Source of the DNA: Spirochaetales bacterium | GTDB lineage: Bacteria; Spirochaetota; Spirochaetia; SZUA-6; RPPD01 | Direction: 5' to 3' | Length of the DNA stretch: 24,641 nucleotides | NCBI GenBank assembly: GCA_016934415.1 | Contig: JAFGSW010000052.1 | Location: 1-24,641 of the forward strand | Shown: in pieces, positions 7,857 through 16,146 of the stretch | How the letters are laid out: every line of letters starts with the position of its first letter | Numbering within the stretch: the first letter of the stretch is position 1 | The notes under the pieces: model-generated | Told to the model about the DNA's origin: nothing | Database searches by the model: none | The model's input: the letters and a program-made list of their open reading frames with translations, nothing else | Position numbers and translations under genes: made by a program

Positions 7857-8396
7857 ATGCCTTCCGTAAAAAACGTCCAGGATTTCATGAGCCTCTATCA
7901 CTCGTACTATCCGAAAATTTACGGCTTCTTTTATCGCGACTGCCTGCACCGCGAGACGGCGGAGGACCTCGCCGCCACCACCTTTACGAAAGCCCTCCAA
8001 TTCATCCAGCTCAAAAAAAAGGAAATCATCAATTTCAATGCCTGGATTTATCGAATTGCAACAAATGAGCTGTATTCGTATCTTAAACAATTGAGGAGAA
8101 GGCGGGCACGTATCGTCGAAAACACCGAAAAGCACCTCATCGACGGACTGCCGGACGAGACGCAGCGGCCGGACGAGTGCGCGGACTTTTGGCCGGTAAG
8201 GGATGCAGTCGCGCAGCTTCCTCCGGAAAAGCGGGTGCTGATCGAGATGCACTTTTTCGAAAAGATGGATTACAGCGAGATGGCGGAAGCGCTTAAATGC
8301 AAGGAAGCCACCCTGCGCTCGAAAATCCACCGAACTCTCAAATTACTGCGGACGTTCTTGAACAAGGGGGATCGCGAACGGGAGAACGGGCCATGA
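7857..8396 (+). CDS. ECF (sigma-70 family, group 4) RNA polymerase sigma factor
   Basis: Region-2-like segment is YYPKIYGFFYRDCLHRETAEDLAATTFTKAL and region-4-like segment is LPPEKRVLIEMHFFEKMDYSEMAEALKCKEATLRSKIHRTL. The TGA stop overlaps the next start (ATGA at 8393–8396). The start could instead be the TTG at 7818. Confidence 0.8.
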   Translation: MPSVKNVQDFMSLYHSYYPKIYGFFYRDCLHRETAEDLAATTFTKALQFIQLKKKEIINFNAWIYRIATNELYSYLKQLRRRRARIVENTEKHLIDGLPDETQRPDECADFWPVRDAVAQLPPEKRVLIEMHFFEKMDYSEMAEALKCKEATLRSKIHRTLKLLRTFLNKGDRERENGP

Positions 8397-10048
8397 AAAA
8401 GAACGAGAACGACAGACTCTACGAGCGGCTGAAAAACCTCATGGTGCCCGAAATCGCCAACCCGGAGCACGAACGCGCCTTGCGTGAACGATTGGAAAAG
8501 ATGATCGCCGAACAGGAGAGGCCCAGACCCGCCATCCGTCCTTTTTCCGTGGTCGCCGGCGCTTTGGCGGCCGCGGCCGCCGCGGCGGTCGCTCTTGTCC
8601 TCGTTCTCCGCCCGCCGGGCGGCGCGGCCGTCGACCTGGCGGCCGACGAGAGGAGCGCGGTCGCCGCCCCGGCGGTACTGAGTTTGAGCGGCGGCGATGT
8701 GACCGCGCAGTCGGGCGGCGTCACCGAGCGGCTCGCGCTCGGAAGCGCGCTCAAACCCGGCGATACGGTCTCCGTTTCCGGACACGCGCCCTGCGAGTTC
8801 CAGATCGACGAAAGAGTATTTCTCCGCCTCGATCCTTCTTCTGCATTTGTGTTCCGGGGTGCTTGGTCCGCCGCGGATGGCACTCATGTTTCCGTGGAGT
8901 TGCGATCGGGCACCGCCGTTGTGCATGACCTGAATACAGACGGTTATCTGACTGTGTATACGCCCTTCGCGGTTTTTCAGACCGTGGGTACGGCGTTTCT
9001 GGTGAGGGTGGAACACGGCCGGTCCGCCGCTTTGGCGGTCGGTGAAGGCCGCGTGCGAGTCCTTTCCCTTCCCCCGCGAACCGCAATCCTCAGAGAGGGT
9101 GTTGGAGCGGGCCGGTCGGTATCGGTGGATTCAAGCGGCGCCCTCACGGACCGGGGCGCCGTTTCCGAGGAGGATGGGCTGAAGATCGACGAGATTCGAA
9201 AAATCGCTTTTCTTCCCGATCCGTCACGGAGACGTTCGGTGCGCGTCACGGTGGTAAGTGAACCGGCTGACGCCACCATCGCCGTCGACGGCGTTCCGCG
9301 CGGGCGGGGGACGCTCTTTTTCCTGGCCGCACCGGGTGTCCGTTATACGGTGACGGCCTCCGGTCCGGGCCGTGAAACTCAAAGCCGGACCGAATCCTTT
9401 CAGGAAGATAAAACGATCGCCTTCCGGCTCAAGCGAACGATCGGCCCGCCGAAAACGCCCGAGCGAACTTCCGTTCCCGAAACACGCCGTGAGATCGAAG
9501 CGAGTCCCGTTCCCGGCCGGGACGGAGGAGCGGTCGTTCTGCCGACGGCCTCACCGGAACTCACCGGCCGCGTCTCCGATTGGCACGGCCTGGCTCCGGT
9601 GATTGCGGATCCTTCAGGCGACATGAACGCCTCCGACGCGGGCACGGACATTTCCGACGTTTTCCTGGCGCACGACGAAACGTTCCTCTTCTTCGGGATC
9701 AAGTTCGAGAACGGAACCCTCGATCCAGGCGTCCAGCCCGAGATCGCACTCTCCCTCGCTCCCGCTTCCGGTCGGCGGGTGGAGCTCTCGGGCCGGACCG
9801 CAGACAAGAAATGGCTGGCCGAAGTTAAAATCTTCAAAGACGGCGCACTTGCGTCCACTTCCGACGCGGCAGGTAAAATCGTCGTCGGCGACGGTTTCCT
9901 GGAAATGAAACTCCCTCTTGAGGCCGTCCTCTCGGCCGGCACGCCGGGCGAGATTTACAAAGCCAAAGCCACCCTTACGATCCAGAAATACGGCCGACTC
10001 CGGGTTATCGCCGATGAGACGGAAGCGCGGACGGTTCTCTTTTACTAG
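8393..10048 (+). CDS. Membrane-spanning anti-sigma factor with periplasmic FecR-like region, PEGA domain and C-terminal domain of unknown function
   Basis: Translationally coupled to the sigma gene. A single TM helix (FSVVAGALAAAAAAAVALVLVL) follows about 60 cytoplasmic residues. PEGA-like segment is RVTVVSEPADATIAVDGVPRGRGTLFFLAAPGVRYTVTASGPG. About 170 C-terminal residues are unassigned. Stop is TAG. Confidence 0.7.
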   Translation: MKKNENDRLYERLKNLMVPEIANPEHERALRERLEKMIAEQERPRPAIRPFSVVAGALAAAAAAAVALVLVLRPPGGAAVDLAADERSAVAAPAVLSLSGGDVTAQSGGVTERLALGSALKPGDTVSVSGHAPCEFQIDERVFLRLDPSSAFVFRGAWSAADGTHVSVELRSGTAVVHDLNTDGYLTVYTPFAVFQTVGTAFLVRVEHGRSAALAVGEGRVRVLSLPPRTAILREGVGAGRSVSVDSSGALTDRGAVSEEDGLKIDEIRKIAFLPDPSRRRSVRVTVVSEPADATIAVDGVPRGRGTLFFLAAPGVRYTVTASGPGRETQSRTESFQEDKTIAFRLKRTIGPPKTPERTSVPETRREIEASPVPGRDGGAVVLPTASPELTGRVSDWHGLAPVIADPSGDMNASDAGTDISDVFLAHDETFLFFGIKFENGTLDPGVQPEIALSLAPASGRRVELSGRTADKKWLAEVKIFKDGALASTSDAAGKIVVGDGFLEMKLPLEAVLSAGTPGEIYKAKATLTIQKYGRLRVIADETEARTVLFY

Positions 10049-10055
10049 GAAAAAC

Positions 10056-10760
10056 ATGATGGGCGACTGGACCTCACAAGCCTCTCGATTTCTTCGTTAC
10101 CTGGCGGCGTCTCTGACCGCCGGAACGATACTCACTTTTTCCGGGTGCTTCACGCCGGAAATCTTGACGCTTCAATCGCTCGAGCGGGGCAAACTTTACA
10201 TCGTCTCCCGCATATGTTTCGAGAATTTCCAGATCGAACCGAAATCCCAGACGGGCGTCAAGCGCGACTGCTTCGTCATTTTCTCCGCCCGTCGGGGCGA
10301 TTACCGTGGCGTGGGCTTCGGCAAGACCGCGAGTCTGGTCCGCACCTCCTGGGGCAAATACTTCGTCCACGCCCTGCCGAAATCCGGCGGCGACCGGCCG
10401 GCAAGTTATTTCATCGAAAGCGTTTACCTGGCGCTCGAGGACCAGCCCCTTCCCGTACTCTGGCTCGAAGAGGACCAATTCGAGCTGCTTTTCGATCTGC
10501 GGCTGGATTACCGGAAAGACTCGGTGTGCGTTTACATAGGGGACATCACCTTCTCGCTCAAGGGCAACGACCTCTTCGTCGCGGTCGTCGACCATTACGA
10601 CGAGGCGCAGGCCGCTTTCGCCTCGCTCTGGAAGAATGAAAAGGAAAAACCGCCCGTTCTCGAGAAACGGCTGCTCACCGGTTCGGATTTCGTCGAAATC
10701 CGCAAGACCTCGAAAAAGCATGGCAAGGTGAACCACAAAGAGTTCGTGCCGACGTTCTAG
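10056..10760 (+). CDS. Hypothetical lipoprotein
   Basis: ATG lies 8 nt after the anti-sigma stop. The signal peptide has a lipobox-like LTFSGC. No recognisable catalytic motifs. The long minus-strand ORF 10074..11153 is antisense and is rejected. Confidence 0.55.
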   Translation: MMGDWTSQASRFLRYLAASLTAGTILTFSGCFTPEILTLQSLERGKLYIVSRICFENFQIEPKSQTGVKRDCFVIFSARRGDYRGVGFGKTASLVRTSWGKYFVHALPKSGGDRPASYFIESVYLALEDQPLPVLWLEEDQFELLFDLRLDYRKDSVCVYIGDITFSLKGNDLFVAVVDHYDEAQAAFASLWKNEKEKPPVLEKRLLTGSDFVEIRKTSKKHGKVNHKEFVPTF

Positions 10761-10779
10761 CCGGCGCGCAGGGGGCGAA

Positions 10780-11457
10780 ATGAAGGTTCGGGGTATTTTG
10801 TTGATACTCGCGGCGGCCGCCGCTTTATCGGCGGTCTCGTGTATCACGGAGGGCGCCTGGCCGGAGTTGAGGCAGGACCTGCACGCGACGGCGCTCAATG
10901 GCACGCTCGCGGTGGTGGCGGGACAGCGCACCCGCCATTGCGCACGCCTGGCGGAGCTCATCACCTCCGCCCTGGCGAAATCGCCCGCTTCCGGCGGGCT
11001 GACGCTGCTTTCACAGGATGAGGTCGCGCGCCGCATGGGAGTGTATCCATCCAATGTAGACGACGACGCCCTCCTTTCTGAACAAAATTTGGACGGCTCG
11101 GATTTTTCGGCCGCCCATCTGGCCGCCTGCGCCGGTATGCAAAAAAAGCTCAAGGCCGATTACCTTCTCCTCGTATGGTTTCAAGCGTTTGAGTTTTTCC
11201 GCACCGAAACGGACCCGATGCCGGGCAAAGGCGGCACCACGAACGATCATTTCGTCTTTGTCGTCTGCGGCCGACTCATCAAATACCCGGAGAACGCCGT
11301 CGTCGGATACTTCCGCTTCGATTACAACCGCATGATAAATCCCTTTTTCGTGAACCTTTCAATGACGGATTTTCTTGAAAAAACATTGGAAGAAACGGCT
11401 GGATACGTCAGCGCGCCGATCATGAAGTCGAATGAACCCGAACCCGGGAAAATGTAA
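10780..11457 (+). CDS. Hypothetical lipoprotein
   Basis: AGGGGG RBS is followed by ATG at 10780. Signal peptide is MKVRGILLILAAAAALSAVSC. Stop is TAA. Confidence 0.55.
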   Translation: MKVRGILLILAAAAALSAVSCITEGAWPELRQDLHATALNGTLAVVAGQRTRHCARLAELITSALAKSPASGGLTLLSQDEVARRMGVYPSNVDDDALLSEQNLDGSDFSAAHLAACAGMQKKLKADYLLLVWFQAFEFFRTETDPMPGKGGTTNDHFVFVVCGRLIKYPENAVVGYFRFDYNRMINPFFVNLSMTDFLEKTLEETAGYVSAPIMKSNEPEPGKM

Positions 11458-11533
11458 GAACGAACCCAGGGGCGATACACTCCTTGAACATCTCATTGAT
11501 AGAGCGGCATAAAATACCGGTCCGGCCGCTTCA

Positions 11534-11562
11534 TTGACGATGCGCCCCTGAGGACGTATGCT
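11534..11562 (+). promoter_or_regulatory. Candidate sigma70-like promoter TTGACG-17-TATGCT
   Basis: TTGACG lies at 11534–11539 and TATGCT at 11557–11562, about 30 nt upstream of the ATG at 11594. The same hexamers and spacing recur at 12534–12562. Confidence 0.3.
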
Positions 11563-11593
11563 GAGGCTCTAGTCCGCACGAAGGAGGAAGGCG

Positions 11594-11956
11594 ATGGCGA
11601 AACAATATCCCTGCGTCGGCTGCCTGGTCCAGGACGAGCTTCCCATGCAAAAGATCCGCTGCGGTCCGAATCTCGAAATCGACCGCTGTCTACGCTGCGG
11701 CGGTATCTGGCTCGACTGCGGGGAGTTCGAGAAACTCATCGAGCTCGGCTCGTTCTACATCAACAACCTCGAAGCCCCGGCCGAGTCCGAACCCGAAATC
11801 AATCCGGAGCGCCAGTGCCCCAAGTGCCGGGTGCGGCTCAAGGTGATGCGCTACGACAAGATGCCCGGGATCGAGGTCGACGTCTGCCCGAAATGCGGCG
11901 GGCTCTGGTGCGACGCGGGCGAGCTCAAGGCCATCAGCGAAAAGCATCGATCATGA
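11594..11956 (+). CDS. Duplicated zinc-ribbon protein (zf-TFIIB-like, two CxxC...CxxCGGxWxDxGE modules)
   Basis: AAGGAGGAAGG RBS precedes the ATG. Module 1 is CVGC...CLRCGGIWLDCGEFEKL and module 2 is CPKC...CPKCGGLWCDAGELKAI. Confidence 0.6.
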   Translation: MAKQYPCVGCLVQDELPMQKIRCGPNLEIDRCLRCGGIWLDCGEFEKLIELGSFYINNLEAPAESEPEINPERQCPKCRVRLKVMRYDKMPGIEVDVCPKCGGLWCDAGELKAISEKHRS

Positions 11957-12033
11957 GGGCAATGGGCAGGAGATGAAAATCGAACCTGAAAAAGCCATAC
12001 ACTGAGTCGTGAAAAAAATGAGGAGAAGGAACA

Positions 12034-12510
12034 ATGAAAAAAGAAGCGCTCATCCGGCAACTCGCGAACGGACCGGCCGTGCTCGAGGATCTCATCTCCG
12101 CGATCCCGCCGGAACGCCTCGATCGTGAGTTCGGACCGGGAGTCTGGACCGTACACGAACATGTCCACCACCTCGCGATGACCCAGGTCACCATGCAGAA
12201 ACGCATCCAGCTCTTTTTCAAGAAAGAGCGGCCGGAGATCGTTCCGTTTTCCCCGGACCGCCAAGCCGAGAAGCCCGTCCTGAAGCCGATCGCGGAGCTT
12301 CTCGCGGCGTATGCGGAATGGCGCGCGCGCCAGGTCGAGTCGGTCAAGAAAGCGGATGACTCTATCTGGAGCAAGCAGGCGATCCACCCTGAATACGAGC
12401 ACTACGATTTTCCGATCGCCGTCCTCCACATTCTGACCCACGACGGGTTCCATTTTTACAGGATCGAAGAATTGGGATTGCTGAAGGCGGAAAACGTCAA
12501 GCCGATATAA
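12034..12510 (+). CDS. DinB/YfiT-like (DinB_2 superfamily) four-helix-bundle metal-binding protein
   Basis: GAGGAGAAGGA RBS precedes the ATG. His-rich helices are present (VHEHVHHLAMTQ and HILTHDGFHFYRIEEL). Assigned by general resemblance only. Confidence 0.5.
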   Translation: MKKEALIRQLANGPAVLEDLISAIPPERLDREFGPGVWTVHEHVHHLAMTQVTMQKRIQLFFKKERPEIVPFSPDRQAEKPVLKPIAELLAAYAEWRARQVESVKKADDSIWSKQAIHPEYEHYDFPIAVLHILTHDGFHFYRIEELGLLKAENVKPI

Positions 12511-12533
12511 AACGAACGGCCTCCCGCTCTCAT

Positions 12534-12562
12534 TGACGCCTCAGGGTAAAAAAAAGTATGCT
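12534..12562 (+). promoter_or_regulatory. Candidate sigma70-like promoter TTGACG-17-TATGCT upstream of the homocysteine-synthesis cluster
   Basis: TTGACG lies at 12534–12539 and TATGCT at 12557–12562. ATG follows at 12590. Confidence 0.3.
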
Positions 12563-12589
12563 CATTCCTGAAGAAAAGGGACCGGGACG

Positions 12590-13786
12590 ATGAAAACCTA
12601 CGAAGAGATCAATGCCAAGATCGAAGCAAAGAAAGCGGTGGTTCTCACCGCCGAGGAGATCATCGACTATGTTGAAAAAAAGGGCCTGCGGGCCGCCGCC
12701 GAAGAGGTCGACGTGGTCACCACGGCCACCTTCGGGCCGATGTGCTCGTCGGGCTGTTTCCTCAACTTCGGGCACTCGAGCCCGCGCATCCGGATCTCCG
12801 AGGCCTGGCTCGACGACGTGCGCGCCTACTGCGGCATCGCGGCGGTGGACGTGTACCTCGGCGCCACCGAGCTCCGACAGGGAGACCCGGCCAATCTCTA
12901 CCATCCCGGCGAATTCCGATTCGGCGGCGCGCACGTCATCGAAAAGCTCGTGCGGGGCGAGAAGGTCCAGCTCTTCGGCCTGTCCTACGGCACCGACTGC
13001 TACCCCCGCCGCGAGATCCGCACCTGGTTCACGCTCAAGGACTTAAACCAGGCGATCATGACCAATCCCCGCAACTGCTACCAGAATTACAACGTGGCCG
13101 TCAATTCGTCCGATCGGACCATCTACACCTACCTGGGTCAGCTCAAGCCCGGCCTTAAAAACGCCACCTACTGTTCGGCGGGCCAGCTGTCGCCGCTCCT
13201 GAACGATCCGTTCTACGAAACGATCGGCGTGGGCACGCGGGTGTGGCTCGCCGGCGCGCAGGGGATCGTCTACGGCGAGGGAACCCAGCACGCGGGCGCC
13301 GTGGACCGCGGCGGGAACGGAGTGCCCGTGGAGGGCGGAGGCACACTCGCCCTCACCGCCGACATGAAGGAGATGGACCCGCGCTGGGTGCGCGCGGTGA
13401 GCCTGACCGGCTACGGAGTGTCCCTTTCCCTCGGCGTCGGCATTCCCATCCCCGTCCTCAACAAGGAGATTCTCAAGCGCGCCGCCGTCCGGGACCGTGA
13501 CATCCTGGCCACCGTCGTCGATTACGCGACCGACTACCCGAACCGGACGGGAAAAACTCTCGGGCGAGTGACGTACGAGGAGCTCCGTTCGGGCGAGATC
13601 AGCCTGGGTGGGAAAAAAGTGGAAGCGGGCTCCCTCTCCTCGTACAGGTACGCCCTGGAAATCGCCGAGCTCCTCAAGGCTGAAATCGAAGCCGGCCGCT
13701 TCACCGTTTCCCGGCCCGTGAGGCGGTTGCCGGTCGACCGGAGTTTCCGGCCGCTCGCCATCAAGGAAAGCGAACGCTATGGCTGA
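12590..13786 (+). CDS. Homocysteine biosynthesis protein, COG1900/DUF39 family (L-aspartate-semialdehyde sulfurtransferase-like)
   Basis: About 400 aa. Conserved Cys/Gly-rich blocks (TATFGPMCSSGCFLNFGHS, GTDCYPRREI, ATYCSAGQLSPLLNDPFYETIGVGTRVWLAGAQG) match the archaeal/anaerobe COG1900a proteins. The 8-bp overlap with the next gene links them to the NIL-ferredoxin. Confidence 0.75.
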   Translation: MKTYEEINAKIEAKKAVVLTAEEIIDYVEKKGLRAAAEEVDVVTTATFGPMCSSGCFLNFGHSSPRIRISEAWLDDVRAYCGIAAVDVYLGATELRQGDPANLYHPGEFRFGGAHVIEKLVRGEKVQLFGLSYGTDCYPRREIRTWFTLKDLNQAIMTNPRNCYQNYNVAVNSSDRTIYTYLGQLKPGLKNATYCSAGQLSPLLNDPFYETIGVGTRVWLAGAQGIVYGEGTQHAGAVDRGGNGVPVEGGGTLALTADMKEMDPRWVRAVSLTGYGVSLSLGVGIPIPVLNKEILKRAAVRDRDILATVVDYATDYPNRTGKTLGRVTYEELRSGEISLGGKKVEAGSLSSYRYALEIAELLKAEIEAGRFTVSRPVRRLPVDRSFRPLAIKESERYG

Positions 13787-14201
13787 AACCGCCTTCACCA
13801 AAAAATATTTCCTCTATTTTCCCAAGTGTGAAACGGAAAAACCGATCGTCTACCACCTCGTCAAGGATTACAACCTGATGGTGAATATTTTCCGCGCCAA
13901 GGTGACGCCCGAGGAGGAGGGCTATCTCGTCCTCGATCTCACCGGCACGGCGGGCGACATTGCGCGCGGGCTTGAGTTCGTCCGCACCTTCAACGTGACG
14001 GTGAACGAGCAGTCGATCGGGCTGCGCTGGGACGCCGAGCGCTGCACCCATTGCGGGAACTGCCTCCCCCACTGCCCGACCAGGGCGCTTGACTTTAAAG
14101 ACCGCACCACGAGGGAAGTCAGGTTCGACGCGGCAGCGTGCATCGAGTGCTTAAGCTGCGTCGCCAACTGCCCCTTTTCCGCCTGTGCCTCGGTCTTTTA
14201 G
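13779..14201 (+). CDS. NIL-domain 4Fe-4S ferredoxin partner of COG1900 (homocysteine biosynthesis)
   Basis: AAGGAAAG RBS precedes the ATG. The N-terminal NIL-like domain is followed by two ferredoxin cluster motifs (CTHCGNCLPHCP and CIECLSCVANCP). Stop is TAG. Confidence 0.8.
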   Translation: MAETAFTKKYFLYFPKCETEKPIVYHLVKDYNLMVNIFRAKVTPEEEGYLVLDLTGTAGDIARGLEFVRTFNVTVNEQSIGLRWDAERCTHCGNCLPHCPTRALDFKDRTTREVRFDAAACIECLSCVANCPFSACASVF

Positions 14202-14214
14202 CGGGCGTCGGGTC

Positions 14215-14967
14215 ATGCAACCGAGGCGCGCCTATCGGCGGTTCGACTATCGCGGCGCCCGCTACCGGATCTCCTCGTCCCACCACACTCTCATCACGGA
14301 TGAGCTCAAACGCCTGCGGACCCTGCTCGAGATATACCGCGAAACCGATCCGGCCTTCGCGCACTCGCTTGAGCCCGTGCGGGTGAAGCCGTATGCTCCC
14401 GAAATCGCGCGCCTCATGGCCGCTGCCGGGGAAGCGGCGGGTGTCGGGCCGATGGCGGCCGTGGCGGGCGCCTTCGCCGAGGCCGCGGCGCGCGCCGCGC
14501 TCGCGGCCGGCGCGCGGGAGGCCGTCGTCGAAAACGGCGGCGATATCTTCATCGCGTCGCCGGAGGAAGTGGTGGTGGGAATCTACGCGCGCGGCAATCC
14601 GCTTTCGCGCCGCCTCGCCTTCCGCGTCGCGGGCGCCGACACGCCCCTCGCCGTCTGCTCCTCGTCCGGAGTCATGGGCCATTCCTTGAGCCGGGGAACA
14701 TGCGACCTGGCCGTCGTCGTCGCCCGGGACGCCGCCTTGGCAGACGCGGCCGCCACCCGCGCCGCCAACCTGGTGAAAACCAAGGCCGACGTGGATAAGG
14801 CGCTGAAGGTGGTGGAGGAAATCAAAGGCGTGTCCGGCGCGTTCATCCTGATGGAAGACGCCGTCGGTATGACCGGCATGCTCCCCGAGATAGTCAAACA
14901 CGAGGATCCCCGGCTCCTTGAAAAAATCCCCGCCGATGAAAGCTGGGATGGATTGATTTCATATTGA
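14215..14967 (+). CDS. UPF0280/ApbE-like protein (COG2122-type), third component associated with sulfide-dependent Cys/Hcy biosynthesis
   Basis: About 250 aa with a Gly/Ala-rich GPMAAVAGAFAEAAARAA core. Assigned by size, composition and the conserved gene neighbourhood with COG1900 and NIL-Fd. A GTG at 14185 would be an alternative start overlapping the upstream gene. Stop is TGA. Confidence 0.55.
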   Translation: MQPRRAYRRFDYRGARYRISSSHHTLITDELKRLRTLLEIYRETDPAFAHSLEPVRVKPYAPEIARLMAAAGEAAGVGPMAAVAGAFAEAAARAALAAGAREAVVENGGDIFIASPEEVVVGIYARGNPLSRRLAFRVAGADTPLAVCSSSGVMGHSLSRGTCDLAVVVARDAALADAAATRAANLVKTKADVDKALKVVEEIKGVSGAFILMEDAVGMTGMLPEIVKHEDPRLLEKIPADESWDGLISY

Positions 14968-14982
14968 TTCACGGATAAAGAA

Positions 14983-15007
14983 GAGGCTGTCCCAAAAGGA
15001 CAGCCTC
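14983..15007. terminator. Bidirectional rho-independent-like terminator (10-bp perfect stem GAGGCTGTCC/GGACAGCCTC, loop CAAAA)
   Basis: Sits between the convergent genes ending at 14967 (+) and 15054 (-). Confidence 0.5.
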
Positions 15008-15053
15008 TCGGTCAATTTCTGAAAATTCTCGTACTCTTTACTCCCGGATTATT

Positions 15054-16082
15054 TTATTCGACTGAAAGTGAGCTTCCGAATACCCAGCCCTCCAATTCGC
15101 CGGACTTGATTTTAAACCAGCGCGCGAAGTCATCCCCGAACGCATACGAGTCGACCGTCTGTCCGATCACGTTGACCTTGGTTCCGTCGGTGAGATTGCC
15201 GATGATACTCCCCGCTTTTTCGTCCGGCTCGGTATACACCGCGACATTGTCGCCGCTCACCGTCGCCTTGCCTTTGATCACCTCTGTCGCCCGGGCCGCT
15301 AAGCCGCCCGCCTGGCCGATCATGGCCTTGGCGTCGGCCAGAAAGATCGAGTCGCCGTACGCCCTCTCGAGTTCCGCGGCGATCGTGCCCCATTGCTCCT
15401 TGGGTTTCTTCTCCATTTTGGTTATCTCTTGCGCCATCTTCACGTCATTCACCGACGTGCTCACGTCCCCCGGATTGATATAGAACGGAGACCAGGACCC
15501 GGCTTTCAGAAGCGAGTCGTCGGGCTGGGGAACGTTATAGGCGATGAAACGCTGTCGGCCGAGTGGATTCTCGTTGTTGTCGATGGGTGCCACCGCAACG
15601 ATGGTGCGCCGGGGCAGGATTTTCCCCGTCACATTGGTCGGATCCAGGCCATTGAATACCGTCGCCCCATTGGCGGCGGTAATGGCGCCGGCTCGCTGCC
15701 CGGGGACGATGTAATAACTGGACACGTACACGTCCTTGTTGACGTCCTTCTCATTCCGCTCGCTCGAGACGATGCGCGCCGGCCCGATCATGTCCTCCGT
15801 CTGCGCGTCCTTGGCGTTCAGCACCTTTACGACCTTCACTTCCCCGGGCATAACGCGAACGGTGTCGCCGGGCTGCAGCCAGTTCCCGTATTTATAGACG
15901 ATGTTTCCGTCATCGTCTTTCGATTCGAAATAGTAATTGGCGCCGACGACGAGGTCGACCGCGTTCGCGTCACCGCCGCCGGCGGCGGAGGAGGCGGCCG
16001 CGGAACCGGCGCCCGATTTATTCCCGCAGGCTGTGAGAAACGCGATTACGACAACGGCACACAACAATAGATATCTTTTCAT
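15054..16082 (-). CDS. Lipoprotein with C-terminal bacterial SH3 (SH3b) domain
   Basis: ATG (revcomp) at 16082 has AAGGGGG upstream. The lipobox is AFLTAC-G. The C-terminus (ATVSGDNVAVYTEPDEKAGSIIGNLTDGTKVNVIGQTV...WFKIKSGELEGWVFGSSL) is SH3b-like. The ORF-track start at 16142 is rejected. Stop is TAA. Confidence 0.7.
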   Translation of the reverse strand: MKRYLLLCAVVVIAFLTACGNKSGAGSAAASSAAGGGDANAVDLVVGANYYFESKDDDGNIVYKYGNWLQPGDTVRVMPGEVKVVKVLNAKDAQTEDMIGPARIVSSERNEKDVNKDVYVSSYYIVPGQRAGAITAANGATVFNGLDPTNVTGKILPRRTIVAVAPIDNNENPLGRQRFIAYNVPQPDDSLLKAGSWSPFYINPGDVSTSVNDVKMAQEITKMEKKPKEQWGTIAAELERAYGDSIFLADAKAMIGQAGGLAARATEVIKGKATVSGDNVAVYTEPDEKAGSIIGNLTDGTKVNVIGQTVDSYAFGDDFARWFKIKSGELEGWVFGSSLSVE

Positions 16083-16146
16083 GATTATCCCCCTTATATT
16101 ATAGATAGAAAAAAGAATAAGCGAATCGATTTGACTTGTCAATCAA

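Noticed and set aside
10074-11153. 359-aa minus-strand ORF spanning two plus-strand lipoprotein genes
   Set aside because: The plus-strand genes have RBSs, signal peptides with lipoboxes and operon context. The minus ORF has none of these and crosses an intergenic gap, so it is a GC-rich antisense artefact. The same reasoning applies to the antisense ORFs 13043..13801, 14119..14901, 8270..9016, 18631..19395 and 19589..20719.
11484-11515. TTGAAC ... CATAAAAT as an alternative promoter for the zinc-ribbon gene
   Set aside because: The spacer is 19–20 nt, which is too long. The TTGACG-17-TATGCT site 50 bp downstream fits better.
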